Below are positions 38,069 to 47,802 of a DNA stretch of 64,000 bases, piece by piece. Location: assembly GCA_016840085.1 (NCBI GenBank), contig JAEOTA010000004.1, forward strand, positions 64,001 through 128,000. The letters are read 5' to 3'. Positions within the stretch are counted from its first letter, which is position 1. Every line of letters starts with the position of its first letter. The position numbers and the translations under genes were made by a program. The DNA comes from Promethearchaeota archaeon (GTDB taxonomy: Archaea > Asgardarchaeota > Lokiarchaeia > Sigyniarchaeales > SOKP01). The notes under the pieces were generated by a model. The model was not told the DNA's origin. It worked only from the letters and a program-made list of their open reading frames with translations, and searched no databases.

Positions 38069-39292
38069 TTATTTACCAAAGGCTTGTTTTATACGATCGA
38101 CTCTTTTCTTCGCTTTTTCTAAATTAATTTGTGTCATATTTGGAGAATCATTTAAGATGAAGGGATATTTTGCTAATAACTTCCTATCATTTTCTTCTAA
38201 TGGGTCATTTTTATTCAATTTATCAATAATAATAATAAGTTCATTATAATTTTTTGAAGCAGCATTTTCATATAATTGGTTTAACATAAATTCTGAAATA
38301 CGCATTTCTCGGATATCATCAACAAAATTATCAATATTTTTTATCTGATCGACACTTTCTTTTACTTTTTTTGGATAAACATTTTCACTTTCAACCCCTT
38401 CCTCCCTGATATCTTTAACATTTGTAATTTCTAAAGACTTAGTAGATATGGAGGGTAAATATTCACCTGATTTAATTAAATTAAGTAAACTGTCTGTAAT
38501 TTCATTGCTTGTATTATTTAACTCATAATTTAAAAAATGCCTTAAAATTCCAACTTTTAACAATTGCTTAATATCTTTTACTTCCCAATTCTCTGTATTA
38601 TTTACAATAGCACTAATATCAAATACGACCTTTGGGTTATTTTCTAAGAAATCTCGAAGAACTGTCTCTCGTTCAATTTTATTTAACATATTGATTTTAA
38701 TAAAAAGATCAAATGTATTATATAAATTATTTAAAAGTCCTTTAATTTCTTGAAGATTATAATTAATCCACACTAAAATTATGCCTAATTCATTACAATT
38801 AAATGAAATCTTATTAGTGTGTTGTGCTCTTATAAAAATATCTAATAAATTCTTCTCTTTGAAATTTTGATTATGAAACAGCTTCTGGTCAATTAAAAAT
38901 AATCGTTTTTCATTAATTGTGTCTGCTTTTTCTTCTAAATTATCTCTTAATAGCCTAGAAATTGAATTTAAACTTTTGAAAAAATCATCAGGAGTTTTTA
39001 TTACATCTTTTTTATTAAATTCAATGAAGTCTATATAATAATTGATTGAAATTAGTCTTAAAAAATCTAAAATGTCTGTTCCAGGATTTACATTAATCAA
39101 AATAGCGCCTTTTGGCTCTATATAACCCTTCAAAGTTATATCTTGATTTTTTGTCAATATTAGCTTAATATAATTTATAATGTCATTATATTTATCTCGA
39201 TAGAATATGTCTTCCTTATTAATATTGATTTCGGAAGGAGAAACCGCTCGAAAATACTTTGAAAATTCTGGAACATTATTTAAACCACTCAT
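38069..39292 (-). CDS. degenerate AAA+ ATPase-like protein (Walker A/B not intact)
   Basis: PKGAILINVNPGTD in place of P.G.LL.GPPG.GKT; AAA lid-like ERETVL...FDISAIVNNTENWEVKDIKQL. Confidence 0.55.
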   Translation of the reverse strand: MSGLNNVPEFSKYFRAVSPSEININKEDIFYRDKYNDIINYIKLILTKNQDITLKGYIEPKGAILINVNPGTDILDFLRLISINYYIDFIEFNKKDVIKTPDDFFKSLNSISRLLRDNLEEKADTINEKRLFLIDQKLFHNQNFKEKNLLDIFIRAQHTNKISFNCNELGIILVWINYNLQEIKGLLNNLYNTFDLFIKINMLNKIERETVLRDFLENNPKVVFDISAIVNNTENWEVKDIKQLLKVGILRHFLNYELNNTSNEITDSLLNLIKSGEYLPSISTKSLEITNVKDIREEGVESENVYPKKVKESVDQIKNIDNFVDDIREMRISEFMLNQLYENAASKNYNELIIIIDKLNKNDPLEENDRKLLAKYPFILNDSPNMTQINLEKAKKRVDRIKQAFGK

Positions 39293-39637
39293 AGAAGACC
39301 TCTATTTATATGATCAGTGAAATTTATGAACACTATTTACATACCAATTTATACATAAATATTTAGCGGTAATTGTATTTAGCGATAAAAACATCACCGA
39401 CAAAAACCACAAAATATAAATAATAGTATTTTTTTTTATAAACTTTAAAATAATTAATCACACTTTATTTCTTCTTCACATCTAATAGTTAAATCTTTTT
39501 TTTAAATATTTAAATAAAATTCTTAGAGAAAAATTACTTTCTATTCTATATTATAATGTTCTATTGATCTACTTACTTGAATATCTTCTTATTACGAAAA
39601 TCGAAATCTTAATTTTTAAATAACAAATTATTTTATT

Positions 39638-41031
39638 ATGGGTGCTATTAACACACCACGCGAATTGCATGGATCAAGACTTTTAGGGTATGCAATAGGT
39701 CAATTTGGTTTAATTTTGACAAATATGTTTGTTAGCGTGTTTATTTTCCAGTTTTATGTTTATACAATTAATTTAGATTCCATACTTACTTCAATCGGGA
39801 TTTCCATCCAACTTATTTTTTCAGCATTCTCATCAATTTTTTTGGGATTGTAGCAGATAATAAAAAACCTGGAAAATTTGGGAAACGAAGACCATTTATG
39901 CTTTATGGATTACCCCTCTGGATTTTCACAAGCATTATTATATGGTTTCCCCCAAAATGTCCTGAAACGAACCAATTATATCTACCTACAGCAATTTTCT
40001 TATGGGGGATTTTAATTTTAAAAACGATTTCAGGATCATCGATATTAACAGTACATCTATCAATGCTTACAGAACAATCTCAAACTCATAAGAATAGAGA
40101 AAAGATAGCAGCTGTAACTACTATTTTTAGAATAATCTCATCGATTTTTGCTTTATTATTACCATTAATGGTTCAAAGCTTTTTACCAGATCCTGAAAAT
40201 GTGAAATGGTGGGAACCTTCGGGAAAAATTATTCTTTCTTATATACCATATGTAGGGATTGGATTTACACTTTTTGGATTAACTGCCATTATTATTACTT
40301 TCTTCTCAATAGATGAAAGTTTTCATGACATTTCTACTCCTTTTGCAGAGAAAAAAAGTTTTAAATCTCTTTTTCCACAAATGACTGTACCTTTAAAAGA
40401 TAAAAAATATAGAAAATTTCTTGCTGTACGACTATTTAATGCGATGGCAGGTAGAATACTAGGAGTTATCGTTATACCCTTTTTGACCTATACGCTTCTT
40501 TTTAGAGGGAATAGTTTTTATATTTATGTATTAGTCTCAGTAACAAGTAAATTTATAGGTTTTGTTATTTGGCGTAGAATCCTTAAAAAACACGCGGTAA
40601 TAAAAACTTATACAATTTGTATTTTAGCTTCTGCTGTTTCTTCGTTATTAGATTTAATCTTTCTAATTAATAATCTTCCAGCTAGTTTTGAAATAGTTTT
40701 ATTCATAATATCTATCGGTACAATTTTAGGTTCTATGTATGGTTTTGGTCTTTTTAATCCCCCATTAGCTAGCGCATTAGTTTATGAAGCTGCTGAAAAT
40801 AAAAGAGAATTTACATTAGATGAAGCTGTTTCTAATATCTCAGGTGCATATTTTGGATTAAATTCTTTTATTTTATCAATAGGACAGTCAATATCTTCTC
40901 TCCTTATTGGTTTTATTCTTACTGGGGCTAACGCAGAAAACTCAACAATAATAACTCTTACCTTATCATCTATGGGTATATTCTATTTAATTAGTTTATA
41001 TTTTCTTAGAAAACTCAAATTAAAGAAATAG
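39638..41031 (+). pseudogene. MFS (GPH family) transporter split by a frameshift in a T7 run (39837-39843)
   Basis: One extra T joins 39638..39853 to the frame of 39898..41031 and restores SSIFFGIVADNKKPGKFGKRRPF. Confidence 0.8.
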
Positions 41032-41076
41032 AATAGTAAAATACAAGGAGTAAAAAAAAAATAAAAATTTTTCAAA

Positions 41077-41325
41077 TTACTTTTGTTCCCATGGCATACA
41101 GAAAAATCCCTTTTCTAATTCGTATTTTGAGAACAATCCGCAACCGAAACAACTACAACCCTTATTTTTCACTTGATCTCTGGGTTTAGTTGTTTGACCT
41201 CTTGAACAAAATAGGGCATGCGGCTCAAATTCATTGAGTTGATTTGGTTTGAATGAAGGACAAGGTCCACAGAATTTTCTGCATTCATTCATTGACTCTT
41301 CAGTATCTGGTACTGGTTTTGGCAT
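41077..41325 (-). CDS. small Cys-rich protein (DUF2769-like)
   Basis: C..FCGPCPSF...LFC.RG...GCSC.GC.....Y.L...FFC. Confidence 0.7.
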   Translation of the reverse strand: MPKPVPDTEESMNECRKFCGPCPSFKPNQLNEFEPHALFCSRGQTTKPRDQVKNKGCSCFGCGLFSKYELEKGFFCMPWEQK

Positions 41326-41496
41326 TATTTTTCACTTCTCTTTTAAGATTTTAAATTATTTTTTCTATTTTTTTTTCAATTTCCGAAATTAATTTAATAC
41401 CAATTTCGAATTAAGAAAAAGATAAGTAGGTATTCTTTTAAATTTAATAATTATAAACTATTAATTTTGAAAAAAAGTATATTTTAAAATCTAAGT

Positions 41497-41883
41497 TTAT
41501 ATTAATTCTTGATTTAATAAATCGAAATATGAATCAATTTGTTCTTTTACAATGTCATAATGAGTAAATTTACCTTTTTTCCATCCTCTAATTAATCCTG
41601 CATTTTCGAGGATTTTTAAATGATGTGATATTGATGGTTGAGATTCATCCAAGACAGCTTCTAATTCGCACACGCATCGATCTTTTTCTCTTAAGATGTT
41701 TATTATCATAAGACGCTTTATATTTGATAATGCATTCAAAAACGTAATTAAATCTTCAAAATGGGTATCTTGAATTAATCCATCCCCTAGTTCACGTAAT
41801 TTTTTGAAGTGAAGATCTGGATTCTTAACATCTTCACATTTTATCAATTTAGCCTTAATTTCTTCCTCATGCTCGATATTCAT
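41497..41883 (-). CDS. arsR: ArsR/SmtB family metalloregulator
   Basis: ALSN.KRL.I, CVCEL, SQPSISHHLKILENAGLI; divergent from acr3. Confidence 0.88.
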   Translation of the reverse strand: MNIEHEEEIKAKLIKCEDVKNPDLHFKKLRELGDGLIQDTHFEDLITFLNALSNIKRLMIINILREKDRCVCELEAVLDESQPSISHHLKILENAGLIRGWKKGKFTHYDIVKEQIDSYFDLLNQELI

Positions 41884-41952
41884 TTAGAACACTATTCAAT
41901 ATTTAAATTTTTAATTATTCAATAATTATAAAGATAAACAAATTTATATTAG

Positions 41953-41986
41953 TTTATTCAAATCAATAAACTTTTATTTGAATAAA
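41953..41986. promoter_or_regulatory. inverted repeat TTTATTCAAAT-N12-ATTTGAATAAA, putative ArsR operator
   Basis: Perfect 11-bp arms in the arsR/acr3 divergent intergenic region (AT-rich, so moderate confidence). Confidence 0.5.
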
Positions 41987-42048
41987 AATTTTATTATTTA
42001 AGATTGCACATAAATTTCTAAAAATTAACAGATAAAGATTGAAATATC

Positions 42049-43071
42049 ATGAGTGAAGAGGAAGGTAAAACTATCAGCTTTTTCGATAAGTTTCTACCAT
42101 TATGGGTGGCGCTTTGTATCTTTATTGGAATTATTTTTTCTTTGATTATCCCCGGAATAAGTGAAGCTATTAACTCTTTTAGCATTGGGCAGATTTCCAT
42201 ACCAATTGGTATTTGCTTATTTTTAATGATGTATCCTGCAATGTTGAATCTACAAGTTTCAGAATTAAAAAAATTAGGAAAAAATCCTAAACCTATAATA
42301 CTAACAATCGTATCTAATTGGTTAATTGCTCCATTTATAGGATTACTTATGGCCCGCATATTTTTACAAGGTTATGAGCAGTTGATAGTAGCAATTATTT
42401 TATTATCTAGTTCTCCGTGTACTGCAATGGTTTTAGTATGGGGGTGGATGGCAAAAGGTAACCAAGAGCAAAATGTGATGAATACAAGCCTTAACACAAT
42501 AACAATAATATTTGGCTATGTTCCGATGGTAACTTTACTTACAGGGATTCAAAATATACCTATAGATTGGTTATTATTATTGATTTCGACATTAGTATTC
42601 ATAGGGCTTCCATTATTATTTGGTATAATTAGTAAAAAATTGTTGATCCGCTCTAAAGGAGAGGATTGGTTCAACGAAACTTATCGTCCAATTGTTGGAA
42701 AGGTATCAATTATTGCTCTCTTAACAACTTTAGTTGTCCTTTTTTCATTGAATGGAGATGTGCTGATAAATAATCCCGATTTATTATTATTAGTATCAAT
42801 TCCTCTCTTAGTTGGGTTTGGTATTGTCGTTGGATATAATATATTGATTACAAAACTCACTAAATTGAAATACCGAGAAGCCATTATTACAACAATCATC
42901 GGATCTTCAAGTCATTTTGAAATTGCTATTGCCACAGCTATTGCAATCTATGGGATCGGTTCAGTTGCGGCTTTAGGAACAACAATGGGGTTGTTTTGGG
43001 AGGTTCCAGTGATGCTTTCAATTGTCTATTTAGGGAGGTTTCTAAGAAAAAAGGGATTTTGGAAATCTTAA
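42049..43071 (+). CDS. acr3: Acr3 family arsenite efflux transporter
   Basis: MMYPAM, NWLIAP, PCTAMVLVW, SSHFEIAIATA, EVPVM. Confidence 0.92.
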   Translation: MSEEEGKTISFFDKFLPLWVALCIFIGIIFSLIIPGISEAINSFSIGQISIPIGICLFLMMYPAMLNLQVSELKKLGKNPKPIILTIVSNWLIAPFIGLLMARIFLQGYEQLIVAIILLSSSPCTAMVLVWGWMAKGNQEQNVMNTSLNTITIIFGYVPMVTLLTGIQNIPIDWLLLLISTLVFIGLPLLFGIISKKLLIRSKGEDWFNETYRPIVGKVSIIALLTTLVVLFSLNGDVLINNPDLLLLVSIPLLVGFGIVVGYNILITKLTKLKYREAIITTIIGSSSHFEIAIATAIAIYGIGSVAALGTTMGLFWEVPVMLSIVYLGRFLRKKGFWKS

Positions 43072-43117
43072 TATTTTTAATTGTTAAAAAGTTTACAATT
43101 TTGGGGTGATTTAAAAA

Positions 43118-43474
43118 ATTAAGAATATCACGTTTAAGATAAGTATAAATTTGAGTGGTTTACAACAAGGTAAGGAATTTATTGTTCAAGTAAAAGACGA
43201 TGCTAATTTTGTTGAAACCTTAGTCATGGTTGATAAATATATATTTAAAAATCCACATGAGTCGATATTTCCTATATTTGAAGGTTATATTCATAATTAT
43301 TTACAACTCTTTTGGAATCCTGAAGAAAATAAAGTCTACGAGGATATAGGGCTAATGCCTTATGGTCCTGATGAAGAAGGTAATTTAAGGAGATTTATGC
43401 CAATTCGAGATGATATCAATTTTATATTATTTCCTGATAGTGTAATAGATTTACAACCAGATTCTGGATGTTGA
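43118..43474 (+). CDS. beta-grasp / ubiquitin-like protein ending in SGC; start uncertain (ATT 43118 or TTG 43151)
   Basis: MoaD-like spacing ending L.PDS.IDLQPDSGC; frame open back to 43115; SD-like GGGGTGA at 43103-43109. Confidence 0.5.
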   Translation: MKNITFKISINLSGLQQGKEFIVQVKDDANFVETLVMVDKYIFKNPHESIFPIFEGYIHNYLQLFWNPEENKVYEDIGLMPYGPDEEGNLRRFMPIRDDINFILFPDSVIDLQPDSGC

Positions 43475-43700
43475 TGAGAAAAAGTGAGAAACCGATTAGA
43501 TATAGCCAAGTTTAAACATATCTTAAGAAAAAGATATGGAAAAGATAACGAAACATTTGCACATTACTTTAAATCTAACGAAAAATAAGAATTGGATGAG
43601 ATCTTTTAATAAATGTTAGTAAAAGATTGACGATAGGATTGTTTCCTATGATTTAATAATTATATCAGAATTAAAAAACTTAAACAATTTAAAATTAAAA

Positions 43701-44669
43701 ATGGATATTTTCACACATATAATTATAGGAATTTTAGCATATTTTCCCCTAATACTGACGTTATCTTCAGAAGCAGTTCTTTTTCTGGCTGCTATGGCTA
43801 TCTTTCCTGATATTGATCTATTCTTTGAACCAATCTCGAGAAAATATAAATTATATTACTTATCACATAGAGCAGGCACTCACTCATATATCTTTGGTTT
43901 ATTTTTTACGGGTATTCTTAGTTTGATCATATCGATATTAAGAAATGGGTTATTTCTTGAGATTTGGATTGCTGGCTTCATTGGGTATAGTATTCATGTG
44001 TCACTAGATCTCTTTACTGCTTCAAAAATTCCAATTTTTTATCCAATTTCAAAAAAAGAATTTAGATTAACCGCTGATAGGGCGGTAAATCCTTTATTAT
44101 TCCTTTTTTCAAGCATCAATTTTTTAATTTTATTTTCTTTTTTTCATACAAATCCAAATTACTATTTTTTTAGAACTCTTACCTCAATTTACTCTTACAT
44201 CTATTTAGGTTATTTTGGAGTGCGAGTAATTTTAAGAATATTAGTACAAGTGAGACTACAAAAACATCAACACTATGTTCCAGGCATTTTACCTTTATTT
44301 TACTTTGTTTATGAAAAAATCATAAATGAGGAAGGTATTACTTTTAAATTGAAGAAAAAATTTGTGTTTTCCTCAAAAAGAAAAGAAATTTTGAACCATA
44401 AAATTATAAAAGAATCAGAGAATATGTTATACTATGAATTAGCTGAGAAAGTAAGTCAAGAATACAGATTCTTTCATAAATGGAACTCAATTATACCTTT
44501 TTTCCAAGAAAGTGAAAATTCTATTCATTTTGTGCTAATCTTAGCCGAAAGTTATTCAAATAAATCTTCTTATTTTCTTTCAATAATTTTTGATAAAGAT
44601 ACCAAACAAATTAAATTTAAAAAGGAAGGATTCGGTTCTTTTAAAAAATGGAAAAATGATAATTTTTAG
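43701..44669 (+). CDS. membrane-bound metal-dependent hydrolase (YdjM/DUF457-like)
   Basis: MD.FTH, PDID, HRAGTHS, H.SLD..T. Confidence 0.8.
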   Translation: MDIFTHIIIGILAYFPLILTLSSEAVLFLAAMAIFPDIDLFFEPISRKYKLYYLSHRAGTHSYIFGLFFTGILSLIISILRNGLFLEIWIAGFIGYSIHVSLDLFTASKIPIFYPISKKEFRLTADRAVNPLLFLFSSINFLILFSFFHTNPNYYFFRTLTSIYSYIYLGYFGVRVILRILVQVRLQKHQHYVPGILPLFYFVYEKIINEEGITFKLKKKFVFSSKRKEILNHKIIKESENMLYYELAEKVSQEYRFFHKWNSIIPFFQESENSIHFVLILAESYSNKSSYFLSIIFDKDTKQIKFKKEGFGSFKKWKNDNF

Positions 44670-45040
44670 ATCAGATCTTTTAAAGCTCCAGCTATATCAG
44701 GAGTTATAAAATGTTCTATTTTACAACAAAGTGTATCTAAAAATGCATTATCTTCTAATTTCAAAATCTCCTTAAAAAATATTTTTAAATTTTCATAACT
44801 TTCGAGAGTATTTTTTGCAATTCCGCGCCCTTTTGGAGTTAACCTAATCTTTTGCCTTGGTTTCCAACTAACTAAACCTCTTTTATTCAATTTATAGAGC
44901 ATATCAGTAACAGAAGAAGGTTTAACTTGGAGATATTTAGAAATATTTGTATTTGAAACCCATCCTCCTTTATTTCTTTTTGAAAGTAGATATATTGTTT
45001 TCAGATAATTTTCATAGCTTTCATTTAATCTATTTTTCAT
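44666..45040 (-). CDS. DtxR/MntR family metal-dependent regulator
   Basis: ENYLKTIY, ISKYLQVKPSSVTDML.KL, LTPKG, CKIEH. Confidence 0.85.
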   Translation of the reverse strand: MKNRLNESYENYLKTIYLLSKRNKGGWVSNTNISKYLQVKPSSVTDMLYKLNKRGLVSWKPRQKIRLTPKGRGIAKNTLESYENLKIFFKEILKLEDNAFLDTLCCKIEHFITPDIAGALKDLI

Positions 45041-45258
45041 TCTATGACATTATGCTTGTTATGAATTGTCTTAAACTAAATAAGGACATACCAATTATGA
45101 AAAATAATATCAACATTAAACTAAAAATTAAAACTTTCTTCAAACCTTGCTCCAAAATTTTAACATTTCTAGAATTTTCCATTCTTACACACACACAAAT
45201 TTTCATTAAATTTTGTTCTAAGTGACTATAACAGATCAACACTATATAAATTTTATTG

Positions 45259-45277
45259 TGTCGATGACAATTCGACA
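45259..45277. promoter_or_regulatory. inverted repeat TGTCGA-N7-TCGACA upstream of the TrmB-like gene
   Basis: Immediately 5' of a TTTAAATA box (~45283-45290). Confidence 0.45.
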
Positions 45278-45313
45278 TATCATTTAAATAAGATGAAAAC
45301 TATAATTTAATTA

Positions 45314-46348
45314 ATGCCGAATGTAAATAAAGAAGAAAAATTTATTCGAGCATTAGAAAAATCAGGTTTAAATTATAATGAAGCATTAGTCTACTTCTCC
45401 CTTATAAAATTAGGCCAAAAAGGCGCAACAGTATACGAATTAGATCATCATTTTACCCCTTTTCTTAAAAGAACTACAATATATTCTGTCTTGCGGAAAT
45501 TAATTGAATTAGGATGTGTAAGAGAAGGTGAGCAGAAACAAGGTTCCAGAAAGGTAACACTCTTTATTGCCAATAAGCCAGAAGAATATTATGATAGAAT
45601 TATCTTAGAAAAAGAAAAGGAGCTTGATATCCTTAAAGACTTAAAGGAGAAATATTCAGATTATTTTGATATTATTTATCAAGAAGGCATGGAATATGTT
45701 CTTGAGGAACTCGATGAACTTATTCAACCTTATCTTAGACCGTTAGTAGAAAAGGGCTGGAGAATTACTTCATATTTAATTAAGAAGGAAGTTCCTTTAT
45801 TTGAATATACAGTTTATGACTGCATGTTAAAATCACCAAATGCTAAATATCTTAAAGAAAATAGCTTTCACCTGTTTTTATTTGATGATAACATAGAAAA
45901 AGATACAACTTCATTGCAATTTTTTATAAAAGGATTGAAAAATAAAACATACGAGATTGTATCTTATTTTAGTGATATTAAAGAGTATAAACTTGAAGAA
46001 AAAATGTTGGAATTCTACAATAAAACTTATCCTGGTTTTAACTTAAGAGTTAAACTTGAGGATTTAAAAAATTCAAAGTTTTTTGATGAAGTTATAGATG
46101 GTATAAGATCATATTGGAAAAAAGGAGATATAGGAGAACATTTAGCCACAAAATCAAAAGATCTTCAGGAACAAGTTGATATTCATGAAAAAGAATTCTT
46201 AACTGATAATTCACTCGATATTTGGAAAGCTGTAATAATTCCAATACAAAATAAATTGTTTTTTCTATGGGCAGAATCTTATGAGATTTTAGAAGAAATG
46301 GTAGAGCCGATCTTTATTATAGAGAAAATTCCTTTTAATACAAAATAA
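45314..46348 (+). CDS. TrmB-like HTH regulator with uncharacterised C-terminal domain
   Basis: GLNYNEALVYFSL, KRTTIYSVLRKL.ELG; paralogous to 52675..53556. Confidence 0.75.
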   Translation: MPNVNKEEKFIRALEKSGLNYNEALVYFSLIKLGQKGATVYELDHHFTPFLKRTTIYSVLRKLIELGCVREGEQKQGSRKVTLFIANKPEEYYDRIILEKEKELDILKDLKEKYSDYFDIIYQEGMEYVLEELDELIQPYLRPLVEKGWRITSYLIKKEVPLFEYTVYDCMLKSPNAKYLKENSFHLFLFDDNIEKDTTSLQFFIKGLKNKTYEIVSYFSDIKEYKLEEKMLEFYNKTYPGFNLRVKLEDLKNSKFFDEVIDGIRSYWKKGDIGEHLATKSKDLQEQVDIHEKEFLTDNSLDIWKAVIIPIQNKLFFLWAESYEILEEMVEPIFIIEKIPFNTK

Positions 46349-46382
46349 CCAAATAGTTAAGCTATAATTTAACATAATAGAG

Positions 46383-47792
46383 ATGGAAGAGGTAAAATTT
46401 AAAGAATTAAGAAAATCACATAAAGGGGTCACTAAACTTTCTTATGAAGTTACTCAGATATTAGAAAGTGATCCAAATAGATCTCCTCTATATGCTTTAA
46501 TGTACGCGATTGAAAAGGGAGAAAATACTCGAGAGAAAATATATAGCTATTTTAAATATTTTTATGTTAATGAATTTGCATATATTAGGCTAAAACAACC
46601 TGAATTAGATGATTTACTATTAAAAGGAATTCATAAAAATTTAATTCAAAAAGAAAATCATATATTTTCTTTAACAGAAAAAGGAAATGAAGTTTTAGTT
46701 AAATCTAAAAAAGTAAATTTAGTCACAAATAAAGCATTAGGATTTTTTTTTAGCAAAAAAGTCATATTGATTTTCTCTTTAATTTGCCTAATCTTCATGA
46801 GCTCTCTTAAAATAATTACTGGATTGAATTCTGGAAGTGACGCATTATTTAATGAGGGTATTGAGAATTTTACAGATATAATTAAGATATTTATAATAAC
46901 CTTAAGTATTAAATTAAAGAAAGATAGATTAGGCGCAATTGTAATAATTTTATTGATGCTAATAACAGGAATAAATTTGATAATTACTTCTGTATTTTCA
47001 TTGATTGAAGCCAATATTGTTACTCCATCATACTTTTCATTCATATTGATGTTTATCTCGATTTTAATAAACTTAATGTTATTGGTTTTAAAGAACTTCG
47101 TTGGAAAATTACAAGCCAATTTTGCTTTGCTTTCTGATGCTAAGGATAATGTAAATAACATCAGATTATCATTAGGGGTAATAGTTGGATTAATATTTGC
47201 ATTATTCGGAATTTATGTGGTAGATTCTATTATTGGTATACTTATTGCTTCTTTACTGATACTTGATGGTGGTGGAACTTTAGTTGAGTTAGTTAAATCA
47301 GGAGATGATATTGATATTGACAGTTTTAAATTGAGCTTAGATAAGGCTTTTGAATTTAAAATAGCACATTGGATACTATTAGTTATACAAGAAGAGAACT
47401 TGTCACAAACGCAACTGAATAATAAATTTATAGAAGCAATCGAGAAAGGATATGACACTTTTGGTGTTTGGGCGATATTTGGACTTGCTAATATTGAAAA
47501 ATTTAACGTTCAAAAAATTTTAAGCCTTATGAAAAAAAGAGTTCTATTTAGTGAACAAAATAATAAAACTTATCTTACAGATAAGGGAAAAGAACAGTAT
47601 CATAATGTTTTATCTCAAGAGATAGCAAGAGTTTCAAGAGATAAGAAAAAATATAAGGATTGGAAACCTCCAAGTACAAAAGTAAAAGTTTTGTGGGGAT
47701 TATTTGGAGTTCTTGTTCCACTTATCTTAGTTTTGTTGATAATTTTTGTTGGGCCAATTATTTATGAATTTATCATTAATGTAATAAAATGA
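46383..47792 (+). CDS. cation-efflux (CDF)-like transporter flanked by winged-helix domains
   Basis: SDALFNEGIENFTD and ALLSDAKDNVN TM motifs; LTEKG and LTDKG wH ends on either side. Confidence 0.65.
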   Translation: MEEVKFKELRKSHKGVTKLSYEVTQILESDPNRSPLYALMYAIEKGENTREKIYSYFKYFYVNEFAYIRLKQPELDDLLLKGIHKNLIQKENHIFSLTEKGNEVLVKSKKVNLVTNKALGFFFSKKVILIFSLICLIFMSSLKIITGLNSGSDALFNEGIENFTDIIKIFIITLSIKLKKDRLGAIVIILLMLITGINLIITSVFSLIEANIVTPSYFSFILMFISILINLMLLVLKNFVGKLQANFALLSDAKDNVNNIRLSLGVIVGLIFALFGIYVVDSIIGILIASLLILDGGGTLVELVKSGDDIDIDSFKLSLDKAFEFKIAHWILLVIQEENLSQTQLNNKFIEAIEKGYDTFGVWAIFGLANIEKFNVQKILSLMKKRVLFSEQNNKTYLTDKGKEQYHNVLSQEIARVSRDKKKYKDWKPPSTKVKVLWGLFGVLVPLILVLLIIFVGPIIYEFIINVIK

Positions 47793-47802
47793 CAGAACTC
47801 TA

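Noticed and set aside
33385-39292. Canonical Wadjet (jetABCD) defence system or Rad50-Mre11
   Set aside because: No Toprim JetD or Mre11 nuclease; the SMC has a hinge rather than a CxxC zinc hook and Smc5/6-like motifs.
43472-43588. Selenocysteine read-through of GC-TGA-TGA (frame stays open ~36 more codons)
   Set aside because: Two consecutive TGA codons, no recognisable SECIS downstream and a low-complexity extension; chance is sufficient.
44947-45278. ORFs 44947..45225(+) and 45042..45278(-)
   Set aside because: They occupy a divergent promoter region, have no motifs and overlap each other and dtxR; probably spurious.
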